From positions 596,078-660,077 of the forward strand of contig NW_003314262.1 of NCBI RefSeq assembly GCF_000143415.4: DNA of 64,000 bases. Reading direction: 5' to 3'. Positions within the stretch are counted from its first letter, which is position 1. The number at the start of each line of letters is the position of its first letter. This document shows positions 24,975-37,268 of this stretch, piece after piece. Made by a program: the position numbers and the translations under genes. The notes below the pieces were generated by a model. The model was not told where the DNA came from, searched no databases, and saw only the letters and a program-made list of their open reading frames with translations. This DNA is from Selaginella moellendorffii. Its lineage: Eukaryota; Plantae; Lycopodiophyta.

Positions 24975-25800
24975 TACTCGTTTGGCCAAGAGTGTTTTTC
25001 CAGCTCCTACTCCGTGGACTCCAATCTACTTGCTGCTTACGGGGGGCCTCAGCAAGTCTGATACAACCCGCTCCATGTTCGTAGATGCTCAAGAACTTTC
25101 CACCGCGAACCTTGGAACCGAACAGTGGAAGGACAATGGAACGCATGGTCGTCAAGTTCTTGTCCTAGAACCTTTCAAACTGTGGTACCGGCCTTCCAGC
25201 AGCTAACCAGCCAACACTTGTCATCCAAAGACGGTCTGTTACTTCATGAGGCTCTCATTGAACCAGCTACACTTCCAAGTGGACGAGACCACGGCATTAT
25301 TAATGCTTATACTTGAAAGTCGACCAGGCAAGCAAAGCAGCACCAAGTTCTTCCCATCATCTCCTCTCGATGTTGTGGCAGGAAAGCCAAGTTTTGCCAA
25401 TATCACCTCACAGTTCATCAAGGGAAAATTCATGCCTGTTGGGAGCCAAAGTCAGTAGTGTGCAGCACGCCCTTAATATTCTCCTGGTTAGGAAGGATGA
25501 CACTTCGTTCCACGTCCAATTCCCCCTATCCAACACCAACACTCTTAAGTCCACCAGACGTGACCTCCACAAGCACCCCAATTTCGCCTCCAACTTCCAG
25601 CATGTAAGACTTGTAAATCCCAGCTTCTTGCATACAACAACACTTGGCAGCGTTAATTGCTGCCATATTGTTGATCTCTAGCAGCACTAGCGCACTGTGC
25701 TGCCAGCAGTTGCCAGAGGCAATAGCACAGCAGCATGAGGATAGACAAAGAAAAAGAGAAAGAGCCAACCATTGAATTGTCACAGTACTGCTGCCTGAGT
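24975..25800 (+). pseudogene. Deleted remnant of the PhoD-like gene 3' half
   Basis: Collinear fragments of 19070-19927 (gaactttccaccgcga, tggtcgtcaagttct, tcaagggaaaattcatg, cacagtactgctgcctgag) with many deletions and a ~270-bp insertion at ~25460-25730. Confidence 0.85.
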
Positions 25801-25920
25801 CAAAATAGAAAATCAGACACACAAGAAAGAGTTACACGAGCTCACGAAAGCTCATTATTTTACATTGACCACTTGTCACTAAATAGTACAAAGATCTCTC
25901 AGTAAAAGCTTACATTTGTT

Positions 25921-28505
25921 TTAAAAATCGTCGCTCCAAAGGTCTTTCATCATCGACTTTACGTCAATGGATCGTTCCCGGAGCTTCTCCTGCACGTAAA
26001 CATCCCTCCCAATCTCGAGAATTCTATACTCTACCTCTTCAAGCGGTTTTCCTGCGTAGTTTTCAACATGGCCCTTCTTGAGCACTGTCACCTGGAATCC
26101 AGACTCGCTTGCTTCGCGAAGGAGTTCCTGTACAAGCCATAAAAGCAAATAAATCGAATCGTTCGAACAAAGAAAAGCAAAGAATTCCTTACCTTTGGTT
26201 CGAATGGAATCACTCGAGCACCAGTGGCTCCTCCAAGCTTGTTGATCTCAGGTACAAGAGTGCGGCAAAAGTTGAGTGCCTCGTTATGATCTTCGAATCC
26301 AACCACATGTAGCTTCTCTCTGGAATCGCCTTCCAACGCCATGTTCATAGAATAGAGACCAGGAGAAACTTTCTGCTCCTCATTCTGCAGCAGTATACAC
26401 TGCAAGGGAGAGTATCAGAAACCAAAGGAATAAAAAAATAATCATGCAACTTACCGCAACATATCTCAACTGATGCCACCAGAGAGTATCCGCCTTGGAA
26501 GGTTTTGAATCGCGGTACTTGCTGGCCAGACTTTGTAGTGACTGCGTTTTATACTTCTCTTGCATCTTCTCAAAGCGTTTCATCTCCTCGTCGCCAAGAG
26601 TTTCACCCTGCTTCCTCGCCTCTTCTTTCAGCTCCGCGTGCCAGCGACGTAAGAGCTCACGCTGCCCGTCAGGTCCCTGGAAAAAGAGTCTCAGCGTTTC
26701 TTCCACCTCCTCTTCGGTTAACCATTCGTCCAAGTCCTTTCCAATCTCCTTCAGAAGCTTTCGCACTTTAGGATCCGTCTCCGTGTCATATCTCCGTTGT
26801 ATCTCTTTCGGCCACACTTTCTTCTTGTTACTCTGCTGCTTCGTTTTCTTCAGGTCTGGTTGATCGGTGCTCACTGGCTTACGCTTCACGGCGCCACTAC
26901 TGCTGCCCGTTACGACTGTCTTTTGCGGATTACAATCCGGTTGCCACTCAGCTTTCTTTCTCCCGGGAATCGTCGGTAAAGAATCGTCAGTCTCTTGCTC
27001 CTGAGATTTTTTCTGTTTTTTTTGTGCATCGGAAGCTGTAAAGGACAAGAGGTAAACGTTAGAACACGAAATTCTAGCAAAACATCCGACTTACAAATGC
27101 GCTCCATTATCCAGGCCTTGATCGGTTCAGCTTCGCTCCCCAGCTCCGTTTCCAGTCCATTGAAAAGAATATCTTTCGAGTCAGGAGGCATGCCATGGAA
27201 CAAAGGTTTTCCTCTTCGCTCGTTCTCCTGGGCCTTGAGCAGAATGCACCGCAGCACTTCGTCCTTCTTCCAGATATGTTGTGTAGCAGCAACTTCAGCG
27301 CTCGAAAGATTTTCATTGCTGGCTCTTGTTGGTGGAGTATGTGAGCTCGGCGCACGCTGTGGCGAGGACGAAGTCTGAGAGAGTGACGATGTAGGTGGCG
27401 AGTTTTCCTTCGCGTGCTTATCGGACCGAAGAACTTCGCAAGCTTGTTCATACGTCGTGATAAACCTCGTTCTCTTAGCACTAGCCTCTTGCTTCTCTTC
27501 AGTCCTCCCACTAAGCTCTTTTCCAGTCTCCTGGCCCTTTATCACCACACCATCGCTGCCTGGAAATTCTGCGTGCTTATCAGAACGAAGAACTTCGCGA
27601 GCTTCTTCATACGTCGTGATAAACCTTGTGCTTTCACCACCAGCCCGTTGATTCGTTTCATGTCGCCCACTTAGCTCGTTTCCAGTCCCGTGACCATTGA
27701 TCACCGCTCCATCACTGTCACTCGACCCTGGCTGAGAAGCGTCTGATTCTCGAATGAGCTCGAGTTGCCGAGAAAGATCCATGAAATCTGGCTTCGGCGT
27801 GTTCCTGTCGAGTTCGTCTCCATTCTGCTTCCTCAAAAGCTGTACCCGAGCAGCGGCCGGAAGACGAAGAGGTGGAGGTAAACTCTCTTCAGCGGCAGCA
27901 TCATCACCAATACTCTCATCCATCGTTGCCTGCCTTGCCATGTCTCGAATCTTCGCGATTCTTTCTTCCTCTTCCTCGCTCATCGCAGGAGTAGCAACCG
28001 CTTCTACGTGTAGTAGCTCCTCGTCAAAGTCCAGTTTTTCCATCGTTGTCCCCTGGAAAGCTCGAGCTGGCGCTGGGACTTCCACTCCTCTCTCCCTCTT
28101 CGCCAAGGAAGAGATGATAGTCGAGACAGCCATCGCCAAGCCAGCCACAAACCCGCCGAGAAGAAAAGGCCGAGCTTGCTGGAGTCCAAAACTCCTCGCT
28201 GCTGGAAGCGTCGAGCTCAGCTCCACCTTCGCAAAATTCCACCTTGACAGCATCACTTCCTTGCTGGAATCCATCTCCCTGGCCTTGAAAATCCTCTCCA
28301 ATGCCACGCTCTTGAAAGAAATCGCTGGGAAACCACACCTGGCCTTGGCGGGCGCGTCGCCCACGCCCCATTCTCTGGCAAAACCATCTTTCAATCCCCT
28401 GATTCGTGCTGCCCTGGTGCCGGATCTTCGACGATTGCCGCTGCTGCTGGGGATTGGAAGCGCTGGGCGGTAGAAGGAGCTCCCCAGCAGCAGCCCATTC
28501 GCCAT
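25921..28505 (-). CDS. EMB1703-like plastid protein, 4 exons
   Basis: Transit-like N-terminus and a TM segment. C-terminal LWWHQLRYVA, GLYSMNM, VVGFED and PLEEVEYRILEIG...ERSIDVKSMMK resemble the EMBRYO DEFECTIVE 1703 C-terminus as recalled. Confidence 0.72.
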
Positions 28506-28733
28506 AAACCCTAAACCCCCGCCACCCACATTGCTCCTCTTCTACAAAAAATGTACGTTTGCTCCTTCCACCATAGCTAGAATTTCGCGTCTCTTTCTTT
28601 CCTCTCCATCGTCTCCCTCGACGGACGAGGAGAAGATAAACCCCTCTTTCGTCTCTCTCTCCATCGATGACAAGAACTTTTCTTCTTCATCGCCTTCGTC
28701 TTCCTTGATGTAGAGAATCCCCGTATCGTCTCG

Positions 28734-30789
28734 TCAGGAACACACCACCCCTCGGAGTCGATTCAAAGCCACACTGACGGGAACCAGCGTCGCCACTGGC
28801 CACTTCGGTGGAGCTTTTGAGCTCAAGAACCCAAACCCATTCTCCGGCTGCCTCCTCTTCTCCTCCGAGATCGATGCCAAAGTCCGGATTTTCTTCGAGG
28901 CCAGGACTGCCTTCTTGAGGAGCTTCTTCGACAGTGCCTCCTTGGATCTCTTCTTGCCGGTGCCTGGAACTTTGGTGGTGTAATCGTCGTCGCTCGTCGC
29001 TAGAATCTCCGAGCGTGGAGTTCTCTGCCGGGCCGTTCGCTTTGCCGTCTGCCAAGGCTTTGGAGAGGTTGCGAGCTCGCCACTGTAGTTCTTCAACCTT
29101 TTCTTCCTCGTCCCCAGTATCCCCTCCACAACTTCCACGGACACGGGGTATCCGCAGACTGTCTTTCCAGTAATTGTACTGCTGAGCGAAACCACGGGCA
29201 CGGGTTGCTTCTCATACCGAGTTCGTGGATGTACGAATCCTGCAAGCCAAAGGACCAGGCATAAGAAAAACAAAAAGAAAGAACACAATGTACCTTCTTT
29301 CCAGTTCTCCTTTTGATCATCAGATGGACAGCACGCGGTTACAGTATCCTCGGCCTCCACTTTGAGTTTGCCTTTTCCACTACGACATGCCGATGCTGTG
29401 CCGACGTCAAACCGCGAGACGGAGGCAGTCGGCTGTGAAGAATTCGGCTCCCCTTTCCTCTGCTTTGTCACCTTCTGGACATCTCCAGCACTGTCCACGA
29501 CAAGGGATGCCAACGTCCTTGGTGGCATCGACGCCTTCTTCTTGCTCCCCTTCTCCTTTTTCACAGGAGGCTTTTCCTCCTGTGTAATTCCCGTTGGAGA
29601 AGCAGATGTATGAGACGGCAGCGTCGTTCCCTCGCATGCCACCACTGCTACGTCCTTGCTGTTGTAACTGGCGCTGTGAGCATCGAGAAAATGCGCTGCG
29701 GGTTTATCCTGAGCTGATGACACTAGCTGCAAAGTCTCTTGCGTCGACTCACACTCGTCCGAGAGCTTGTCTTCGCCTTCGCAAACCCCTTCAGCTTTCA
29801 CTGCCGGATCATCCTGATTCTCATTGTCCCGCTCCAGCGTCTCCAAAACCTGTAAAATCGGTCTTTTCCTGTCGCGCCTTTTGGACGGAGCTTCTTCTGC
29901 TCGTCCGGATGACCGCTTTCGCTTTAATGCCTTGACTTGATCTGGGACCGTCTGCTGCATGCTTTCGTCCAAAGGTGGTGCCTCGACCTCGGAAGAGCCA
30001 TCCAGTCCTTCCACAGTTGTGATTTTGGACGAAGTACCGGCGGATACCAAGTCTTGTAATCCACGCATTCTCGGAAGTAATGCCGCTCCATCCTCCAAAT
30101 CCGAGGTTTCCCGGTCCTTGGCAGTTTGTGCCTTTTTCTTGGAGACTTTGCGATTGACCCCGCTCGTATCACCATTTCCCTTCTTTGGTTGATCTCCACC
30201 ACCATCTACGCTCTTCTGCTTGCCTTTGAGTTTTGATTTCTTCCCGCCTGTGCCAACGTACGCGGTCTTCAGCTGCTCGATCTGTTCCTTCTCGAGCTCT
30301 ATAGCATCTACGATTGCGTCTTCCCTGCGAGCATACTTTTCCCTCCTCTTCGACTGTCCCGCCATTGCCTGAGCTTTCTCGATGCAGTCATCAAACTCCC
30401 CGCATCTGAACGGCTTCACTCTCTTCGACTTCTCAATATTGTACCAATCCCTGTAAGAAAAACAAAACCAAACGAGATTTAGAACCCGAGCATCGGAGAA
30501 TCAAAAGAGAGCAAGCAATCGCAAAAAGACTAGCACCAAAAACAAACAAAGAACACGAGAGTGAGAGAGATACAAAAAGAACCAGACAAGGAACTTACAC
30601 ACTTGCATCGTCTCGACCAAGAAGCTTAACCGGAGTTCCAGATCTCGGAGACATAACATTCGATGCTAAGAGCTCCTTCTTACTAATAATTCGTCCAGGC
30701 CACCAGGAGCCATTCCTCCGCCTCACCCACACTATGGTCCCTGGAACAGGCTTCACATTGGTCGGAGGCTTCTTACTCGGGCTTGGCAT
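28734..30789 (-). CDS. PWWP-domain protein, 3 exons
   Basis: GTIVWVRRRNGSWWPGRI...PVKLLGRDDASV|DWYNIEKSKRVKPFRCGEF...KYARREDAIVDAIELE; C-terminal PVSVALNRL. Confidence 0.9.
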
Positions 30790-31236
30790 ACTTTTAGAAG
30801 AATTCTACTCTCTCTTCTCTTCCCGGGGCGCTCTCTCTCTCTCTCTCTCTCTCTCTTCCTCTTTTTTTCCCTTAAACTTTGAGAGAAATCCCACTTCACT
30901 CACCACACAGAGAGAATGCAGGCAAGCCACTTCCCAAGCTGTCCAAACTCGATCGTGTCGTGCTGAATGCGAGAAAAATGTAGCAATCTACTGCTAATGG
31001 AACCAACCTAGAAACCCTGGAGCTCGATGCCACACCCACGGCCGACGAATCTGGCGCCGCCTCAAGCTCGGCAGCAGTGCGACAGCTCTGGCCACAAATC
31101 CACAGCGCCTTCCACAATCCCTGATTGCTGCGACGCCTCCATTCTCATCCAGCCATATCCCCTACCTTTCTTTCTACTACCACTCTCGTGTAAACCCTAA
31201 TGCCCAGTAACTCTGCTCACGCTGTGGATTTCTAAC

Positions 31237-33838
31237 TTAAGCAGCCATTGGAGAGCCCAGCCGGATAGAGCTCTTCTTCTCTCCCCTTTGCTCGTCCAAT
31301 TCCCTGTCTCTGCTTGGAAGATCTCCCACTGCTGGGCTCGCGAATGAGAGCTGCGGCTTTGGGAGACCATTTCTCGTCAGCTCCAGAGTGAAAAACTTCC
31401 TCTCCTTGCACAAATTCTCGGCCTTGGCATTGAGCTCGGCGAGCGGTGGCTTGAAAGTAACTTTGCTCGTGAATCCTGGAATGCTGCTACCACTACCACC
31501 ACCACCACCACCACCATCACCTGTGACTGCCTTTGCTACTGCCGAGCTTGGAGATTTGGAGGTGATGCTCGTCGCTGATATCGATGGCTTGAGCTGGAGG
31601 AGATTGTGGGTGTTGGACGGGAGGAGAGGACCTCTTGGTGATGGAGTCGAGGAGATTGCCGAGGAGAGTGAGAGAGCTCGGCTGGTAGTGCTGTACTTGG
31701 CGTACTTTCCAAGCTGTGCATCAGTGAGTTGCTGATTCAGCCACCTGGAGAAAAAGCACAAGATCAATCCACAGATAGCTCTAGCGAGCAAGCTTACTGG
31801 ATCATCTGCTGGTTCGACTTGAGAGATTCCTGGGAGTCCTCCATTTTCTTCTGGAGATCCGCTTCCTGTGTAGGTACGAAGATCTCACCTCAGCAAAAGA
31901 AAGGAAGCTATAGCTATATTGTAGAGTTACCTTTCTCTTTGATGCTTCAATCTCTAGCTTTAGAGCTGCGATTTCCTGCTTGAGAGCAGCAATCTCGGCG
32001 ACATTCTTCTCGACTGTTGCCTGTCGCTCCTGAAGTAGCGTCTCCTGTTGTGCTGTAACCTGCGTTTTCAGCTTCAACTTTGCCTTGCTCGACTTTATCT
32101 CGGCCTGGAGCTTCTCTATCGTCTGGTTTGCCTTGTTTGCCTCGGCAACGCGGGCCGCGGCCTTCTCCTCGGCTTTCTCCGCGGCAGCCTGTGCATCTTT
32201 CAACGATGACTCTAGCGCCGCCCTGTAGAGCCATCCACAAAAATTTTAGCCTCGCATTCCAAAACACCAGGACACTACGACGAACCTAGTTATAGTGATA
32301 CTCTCGAGCTGGCCCGATATGTTGCCGATCAGCTCGCTTTTGCTTTGGACCTACAACACATCGAGAAACTCAATTCACTGTCTGTTTCGGTAAAAGAGAG
32401 ACACCAGTTCAGCGTACTTCCTGCTCCAAAGCTGCCAGACGAATCAGGTTATCATTCAGCTGCTTTGACGAGACTTGGAGTTCTTTATCCACGCTTTTGT
32501 TCCTCGTACGTAAGGTATCGCACTCCTGCGGCAACAGATTTAAAAAGGAAAGTAGTCATGGATTTGATGTGCTATACCACTTCACAAACCTGTTGCCTTT
32601 CTTGCAACTCCTTGTGCATAAGTTCTAGCTTTGTTTTCAGCTCCGCTATTGTTATTTCCAGGCCATGCCTTGTCGAAGTCAGCTCCCTGACCTGGACATA
32701 CGCACTCACGAAATGAAGACGTCAAAATTCGACAAGATTTGTTGCGTCACCTGTTTATCCAGATCTACAACTTGGTTCTCGTGTTGTCCGGCTTTTTGAA
32801 TCAGTCGGTATTCCATTTCAGCCTTTTCGCGTTCCAGCCGCCCTTTCATTTCCAGGCACTCTTGCAAAGACTACGAGAAAAAGGAAACATTAACAACGAT
32901 AGGCATGCTTTAAACACCTCCAACCTTTTCTCTCTCGCGAGCCAACTCCCTTGCGTGCTTTACTTGGAGCTCACTAATGGAACGTGATTGCATCTCGTTG
33001 GAATCGGCAAGTTCACTGCATGCAAAACGTCACCCTTAACACCCGAGAAAGGAACGATCAAGTGTCTTGCTCACCTGCGGAGCTCTCCAACATCTTGAAG
33101 AGAACTCTCTAACGATTCTAGAGTTCTTCGTAGCTTTTCATGAAGATCAACGTTTGCACCCTGCTCGAAACAACGAGGCCCAGCTAAAATCATACAGAAA
33201 AGGCAGCCTTACCTTGTACTCGGCAAGTCGTCCGGCAAGGTAGCTCTTGATTGTACTATCATTTCCTTGTCTAAAGCACAGGGAGAGATGGCTGAGATGC
33301 TTGAATTGGTTCGTTTCCACCACACTAAACGTCGAGTCCCCGGTGCGAACGTTAAGTATCGCCAAGAACCTGTTTGATGATCCACATTTGACATAGCATA
33401 AAGAAAAAACTGGGGGACGAAAAACCTTGGCGCCTCGCCAGCACCAGCTCTGATACAATGCTCGAGTAGCTCTATGAATTTGTGGGGAAACGTCCCAAAA
33501 TCCACTAGAATGCACTGCTCCACCTTGAGTCCCTGGAAATCGTCCTCATTCACTTCCAGTGAGTACAAGAAGAAGGGATCGAGCTCGTTTGTGATCTGGA
33601 TTTGCAAAACCTACACGACAAATTCCCTCGATGAGCTGCGGACTAGAAATCCAACTCTTACCTTTGTGGATCGGCGATGCTTGCTGAGGCCCATAATAAT
33701 CCGGACCGTGAGCTCCACTAGGCGATCCTCGGAGGGGGACTTGATCCTCACCGGCACGGCCTTCTCGAAGAGCACGGAGCTGCTCTCGATGCCGCCATTG
33801 CTAGCGCTGGGCCGAGAAGCGGCGCAAGGATCTTCCAT
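31237..33838 (-). CDS. SAS6: Spindle assembly abnormal protein 6 (centriole/basal-body cartwheel)
   Basis: N-terminal head with PISA-type motif ITNELDPFFLYSLEVNEDDFQGLKVEQCILVDFGTFPHKFIELL and ETNQFKHLSHLSL, followed by long coiled-coil exons and WLNQQL. Confidence 0.9.
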
Positions 33839-33967
33839 GGGAGCCGATCGATCGAAACCTATTTTCTCGGCGGTAGCGCCCGAAAGAACTAGATTATTGC
33901 GAAGCCGCGAACGCCATTCAAAGACTGGAAGAGCAAAGAATGGGAATATTATAAATCTTGGCCCGCC

Positions 33968-34020
33968 TGCCACGTCACTGCTACCACATTGCCACGTCAT
34001 TAGGACTTCCGCCACGTCAT
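33968..34020. promoter_or_regulatory. Three GCCACGTCA (hex/G-box-like bZIP) motifs in the SAS6-MED30 divergent promoter
   Basis: gccacgtca occurs three times within ~55 bp between head-to-head ATGs 200 bp apart. Confidence 0.6.
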
Positions 34021-34037
34021 CTTTAGGGCTCTTGACG

Positions 34038-34634
34038 ATGGAGGAAACCAAGCTCAAGGCGATGGCGATCGAGGGGCAGAAGCAGCTGGAAATCGCAGTG
34101 CAATCGGCGCACCAGATCCTCAACTCTCTCAATGAGGTTCTTAGCAATCCGGCGCTCTGGGAAGGCGGCGGCAAGGAAGAGGCCGGATGGGCGGCGGTGG
34201 ACGATGCGCGGCAGAAATACAAGGCGGCGACGACTGCCCTGAGAGGAATCGTCGCTGCGATCTTCAACCATCCTCAGGTACCACATTCTTCCCTTCCAAG
34301 CTCAGAGAAACTCCCATTTTGTGCTCTCGAGAACTCTGATCAACATTTATCCTTGGAAGCTCTGACAAATTCTCTTCTTTGCCCTTAGATGATGAGCTTG
34401 GATGTGGATTCCACTGTGGAGAAGGCAGTGGATCAAGCGGAGATTGATAGGCTCCAGAAGCAAACGGTGGAGCTTCGAGAGGTGAGCCAAGCAAAAGCTC
34501 TCTTTTTCTCTTGATGGACTGAGCAGCATTTCCAGGAGATTGTAAGGAAGAACGATGTTCTCAAGCAACTCATCACACAAATGAGGGAACTTGTTAGAGA
34601 CATTTCAATGTGGCAAACACCACCACCCTCCTAA
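34038..34634 (+). CDS. MED30: Mediator subunit 30, 3 exons
   Basis: MAIEGQKQLEIAVQSAHQILNSLNEVLSNPALW...ARQKYKAA...EIVRKNDVLKQLITQMRELVRDISMWQ. Confidence 0.85.
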
Positions 34635-34943
34635 AAAATTCCACACCCGTGGAGAAATCCAGAGGTATTTGACTGTAGCAAACCTTTGTGATTTCTAATG
34701 TACAGACGCAGTGGACATGAGATCAATGAGGCTTTTGGTGCACTTTGGCGTGGATGCTGTGTTTCGCGACTCCTGCTCGCGCCGCAGCCCAGCTCCGAAC
34801 CTCTACAATGTCATCGTCTCGACGCCCTAGAGGGTGACCAGCTAGATACGTTTCCCACCGACGCCGCAACCATCATTTTTCAATCCGAATATTGTAACAC
34901 GTATTGCACGAACGCGCAAACGGGTTGCCTAATCTGCATGAAA

Positions 34944-36975
34944 TTATGGATACAGAAGAGAGGCGGCATGAGCAAAATACAGAGCTTGCAGTTATGTCCA
35001 ATCTCGGTGCGCTTGTCTCTGCAGTTGTCAACGAGGTGATTGGGCTTGCCCAAGTCTGCTCTTCATTGCAGCCTCATGTTAAACACCATCTTGTTTCAAT
35101 CTCTCTGCACTTATGATGATGATGGTAATGATATGATAATGTTTAGATGGCATTTATATTTTTGTATCATGTAAGAACACGCATTTCCAAACCCAAAACA
35201 TGGTCAAGTTCAGGGTCAGTAGTGTAGTAGTGGAGCAGGTGTGTGGGGGCCTTCCACTGGTCTTAAAGGTAATTGGCAGAAGAATGGCAGGCACACAAGA
35301 TTGAGACTATGCTCAAAGCGAACCCAGCGATTAACAACTCTTGATGAGGAACAACAGGTACTGCAGCGACTCAAAATGGGGTACGATGCATTGTTACCTC
35401 TTGGCATCCAGCAGCACTCTCTCTTCTTTGCTGCGTATGCAGAAGACTGGCGAATTGGATTTTGGGATCTATTCAAATGTCGGAAAAACACAGCAGAGGA
35501 GGTGAGGCTCAAGAATCACGCACTTATCACTGAAGAAAATTATTCTTATTCAGGTGCACGGTGTAAGAAGTACAGGATTCATGATGCAGGCCCCAAGTGT
35601 TATTTCAAGGCTGGGTGGTGGCAGAGAGATGCGGGGACGCCTTAATGAGTAATTACAGCAAGATTTCTCTGTTCTTATGTAGCATTTCTAAAGACATCTT
35701 TCTACAGAAGAACAGGATCAGAGTCTCCAACACCACTTGCCCCTGGATCAAAATCCCGCTCTCACTGCATTGCCAAGCCTCTCTCTTTTCAAAAGCTTGA
35801 AGGTACTTTGCCTTAAATTCACTGACCACATAGCATTCAAGAATTTAGAGACCCTGGATTTGTCCTGGGATGAATCACTCGAAAGCATTCCAGGTTCACT
35901 CGGAAAGATGACCAAATCTGGACTTGACAGGTTGTCACAAGCTAGAGCATTTCCCTGTCGATGCATTGCTCAAACTCACCAAGCTGGGATACCTTAATGG
36001 GCTGAACAATTCAGCAATGCTACGCTGCTGCATCATCAACTTTTCAAACATAAGAAATGCTTAAACCGGAAGCTTGAACAAGCATCTCGATGGGATGTTT
36101 CAGGCCTTCACAAAGTTGGAGGTGTTGATTATTGAGACAACGCTGGCCGTGGAGCTACCTGCAAGTATAAGCAAACTCTCACATTTGAAGAAGTGGAAAT
36201 TAACTGGTTACTAACACGGTCTTCAACGGTTGACCAACCTTAAAAGATTGACACTGTGGGACGGGACTGGAGCAGATTTCTGAGGTTATGGAAGTGGGAG
36301 GGTTTGGGGAAAGTGAGTTTAAGGTCACCTCCTGCATGGAGAATTTGGAAAATTTGCTTATAGGTACGTATCACCTTGAGGAGCTTCCTTCTTTAACAGA
36401 AGAAACGTTTCCCATGGTGACAAGGCCTCTCCCTTTGGAATTGCCCAAACTTGATTCGGCTGCCAACCACGGCGGTCCTCAACATCGGTAGCTGTCACTC
36501 CTTGAAGGACCTCTCCACCTCGTTCTTTCCAAAGCTAGAGAAAGTTTCTCTTATCTTACTGCAACGGAGTAACGATATTGGAGTGCCCATCACTGAGAAG
36601 TGTTATCTGGATCGCAGGTTCCTACGACTTGAAAAACTATCGCTTGAGGAATATCAACATCTTCCAGATGTCTCTCTAGATCTAGCTGCCATGCATGCGT
36701 TCCCTGCGAATAAGGATGTTGGGCAGCTACCAGAATGGATGGAAACATAGACAACGTTGAGAGATCTGAAATTATAATTTGGATGTGATACGATGGTGTT
36801 GCAAAGCTTCCTTTGCTAAGGAGGCTTGATCTGACAGGTTGCAAGAAGATCAGCATATTACTATCTGCACATTCCAAGGATAGCTCCTTCTGTCCTCAAA
36901 CTTGACTGGCATATCCGTATTTGAAGAGCACCTCTCGCAACGCCTTCAAAAAGTTCTATGGAGTGAAAGAGATAT
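34944..36975 (+). pseudogene. NB-ARC-LRR (NLR) pseudogene, inverted paralog of 20500-21835
   Basis: gggccttccactggtcttaaaggtaattggc (GLPLVLKVIG), KYRIHDA, LETLDLSWDESLESIPGSLG LRRs; multiple stops and frameshifts; shares aggctcaagaatcacgcacttat with the minus-strand copy. Confidence 0.8.
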
Positions 36976-37178
36976 GAGAATTTGCTGGAGTCTCTTCTCA
37001 GGGAACGTATCGGTTGCATGACGGCTTGCGCTAATAATGCCTGCTCACAGTCAATCTGGCTGGCGACACGGGTACTGGAAACCTGGGAAAGTCACAAGCG
37101 AAGTACCAAATATACGCTTAGCTTTCAGATGTCTATCTGAAGTCGTCGTGTGTCTAGGCAGCGGTACTGTTAGCCCGT

Positions 37179-37250
37179 ATTCTTCTTTGTCTATCCTCGT
37201 GCTGCAAACTTTTGCTCCCAACAGGATTTCCGTCATGAACTTTCCCTTGA
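37179..37250 (-). pseudogene. Third fragment of the PhoD-like last exon
   Basis: Reverse complement reads tcaagggaaagttcatgacggaaatcctgttgggagcaaaagtttgcagcacgaggatagacaaagaagaa, matching 19790-19860 and 25730-25752. Confidence 0.8.
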
Positions 37251-37268
37251 TTTGTGTTCAACTTGCAA

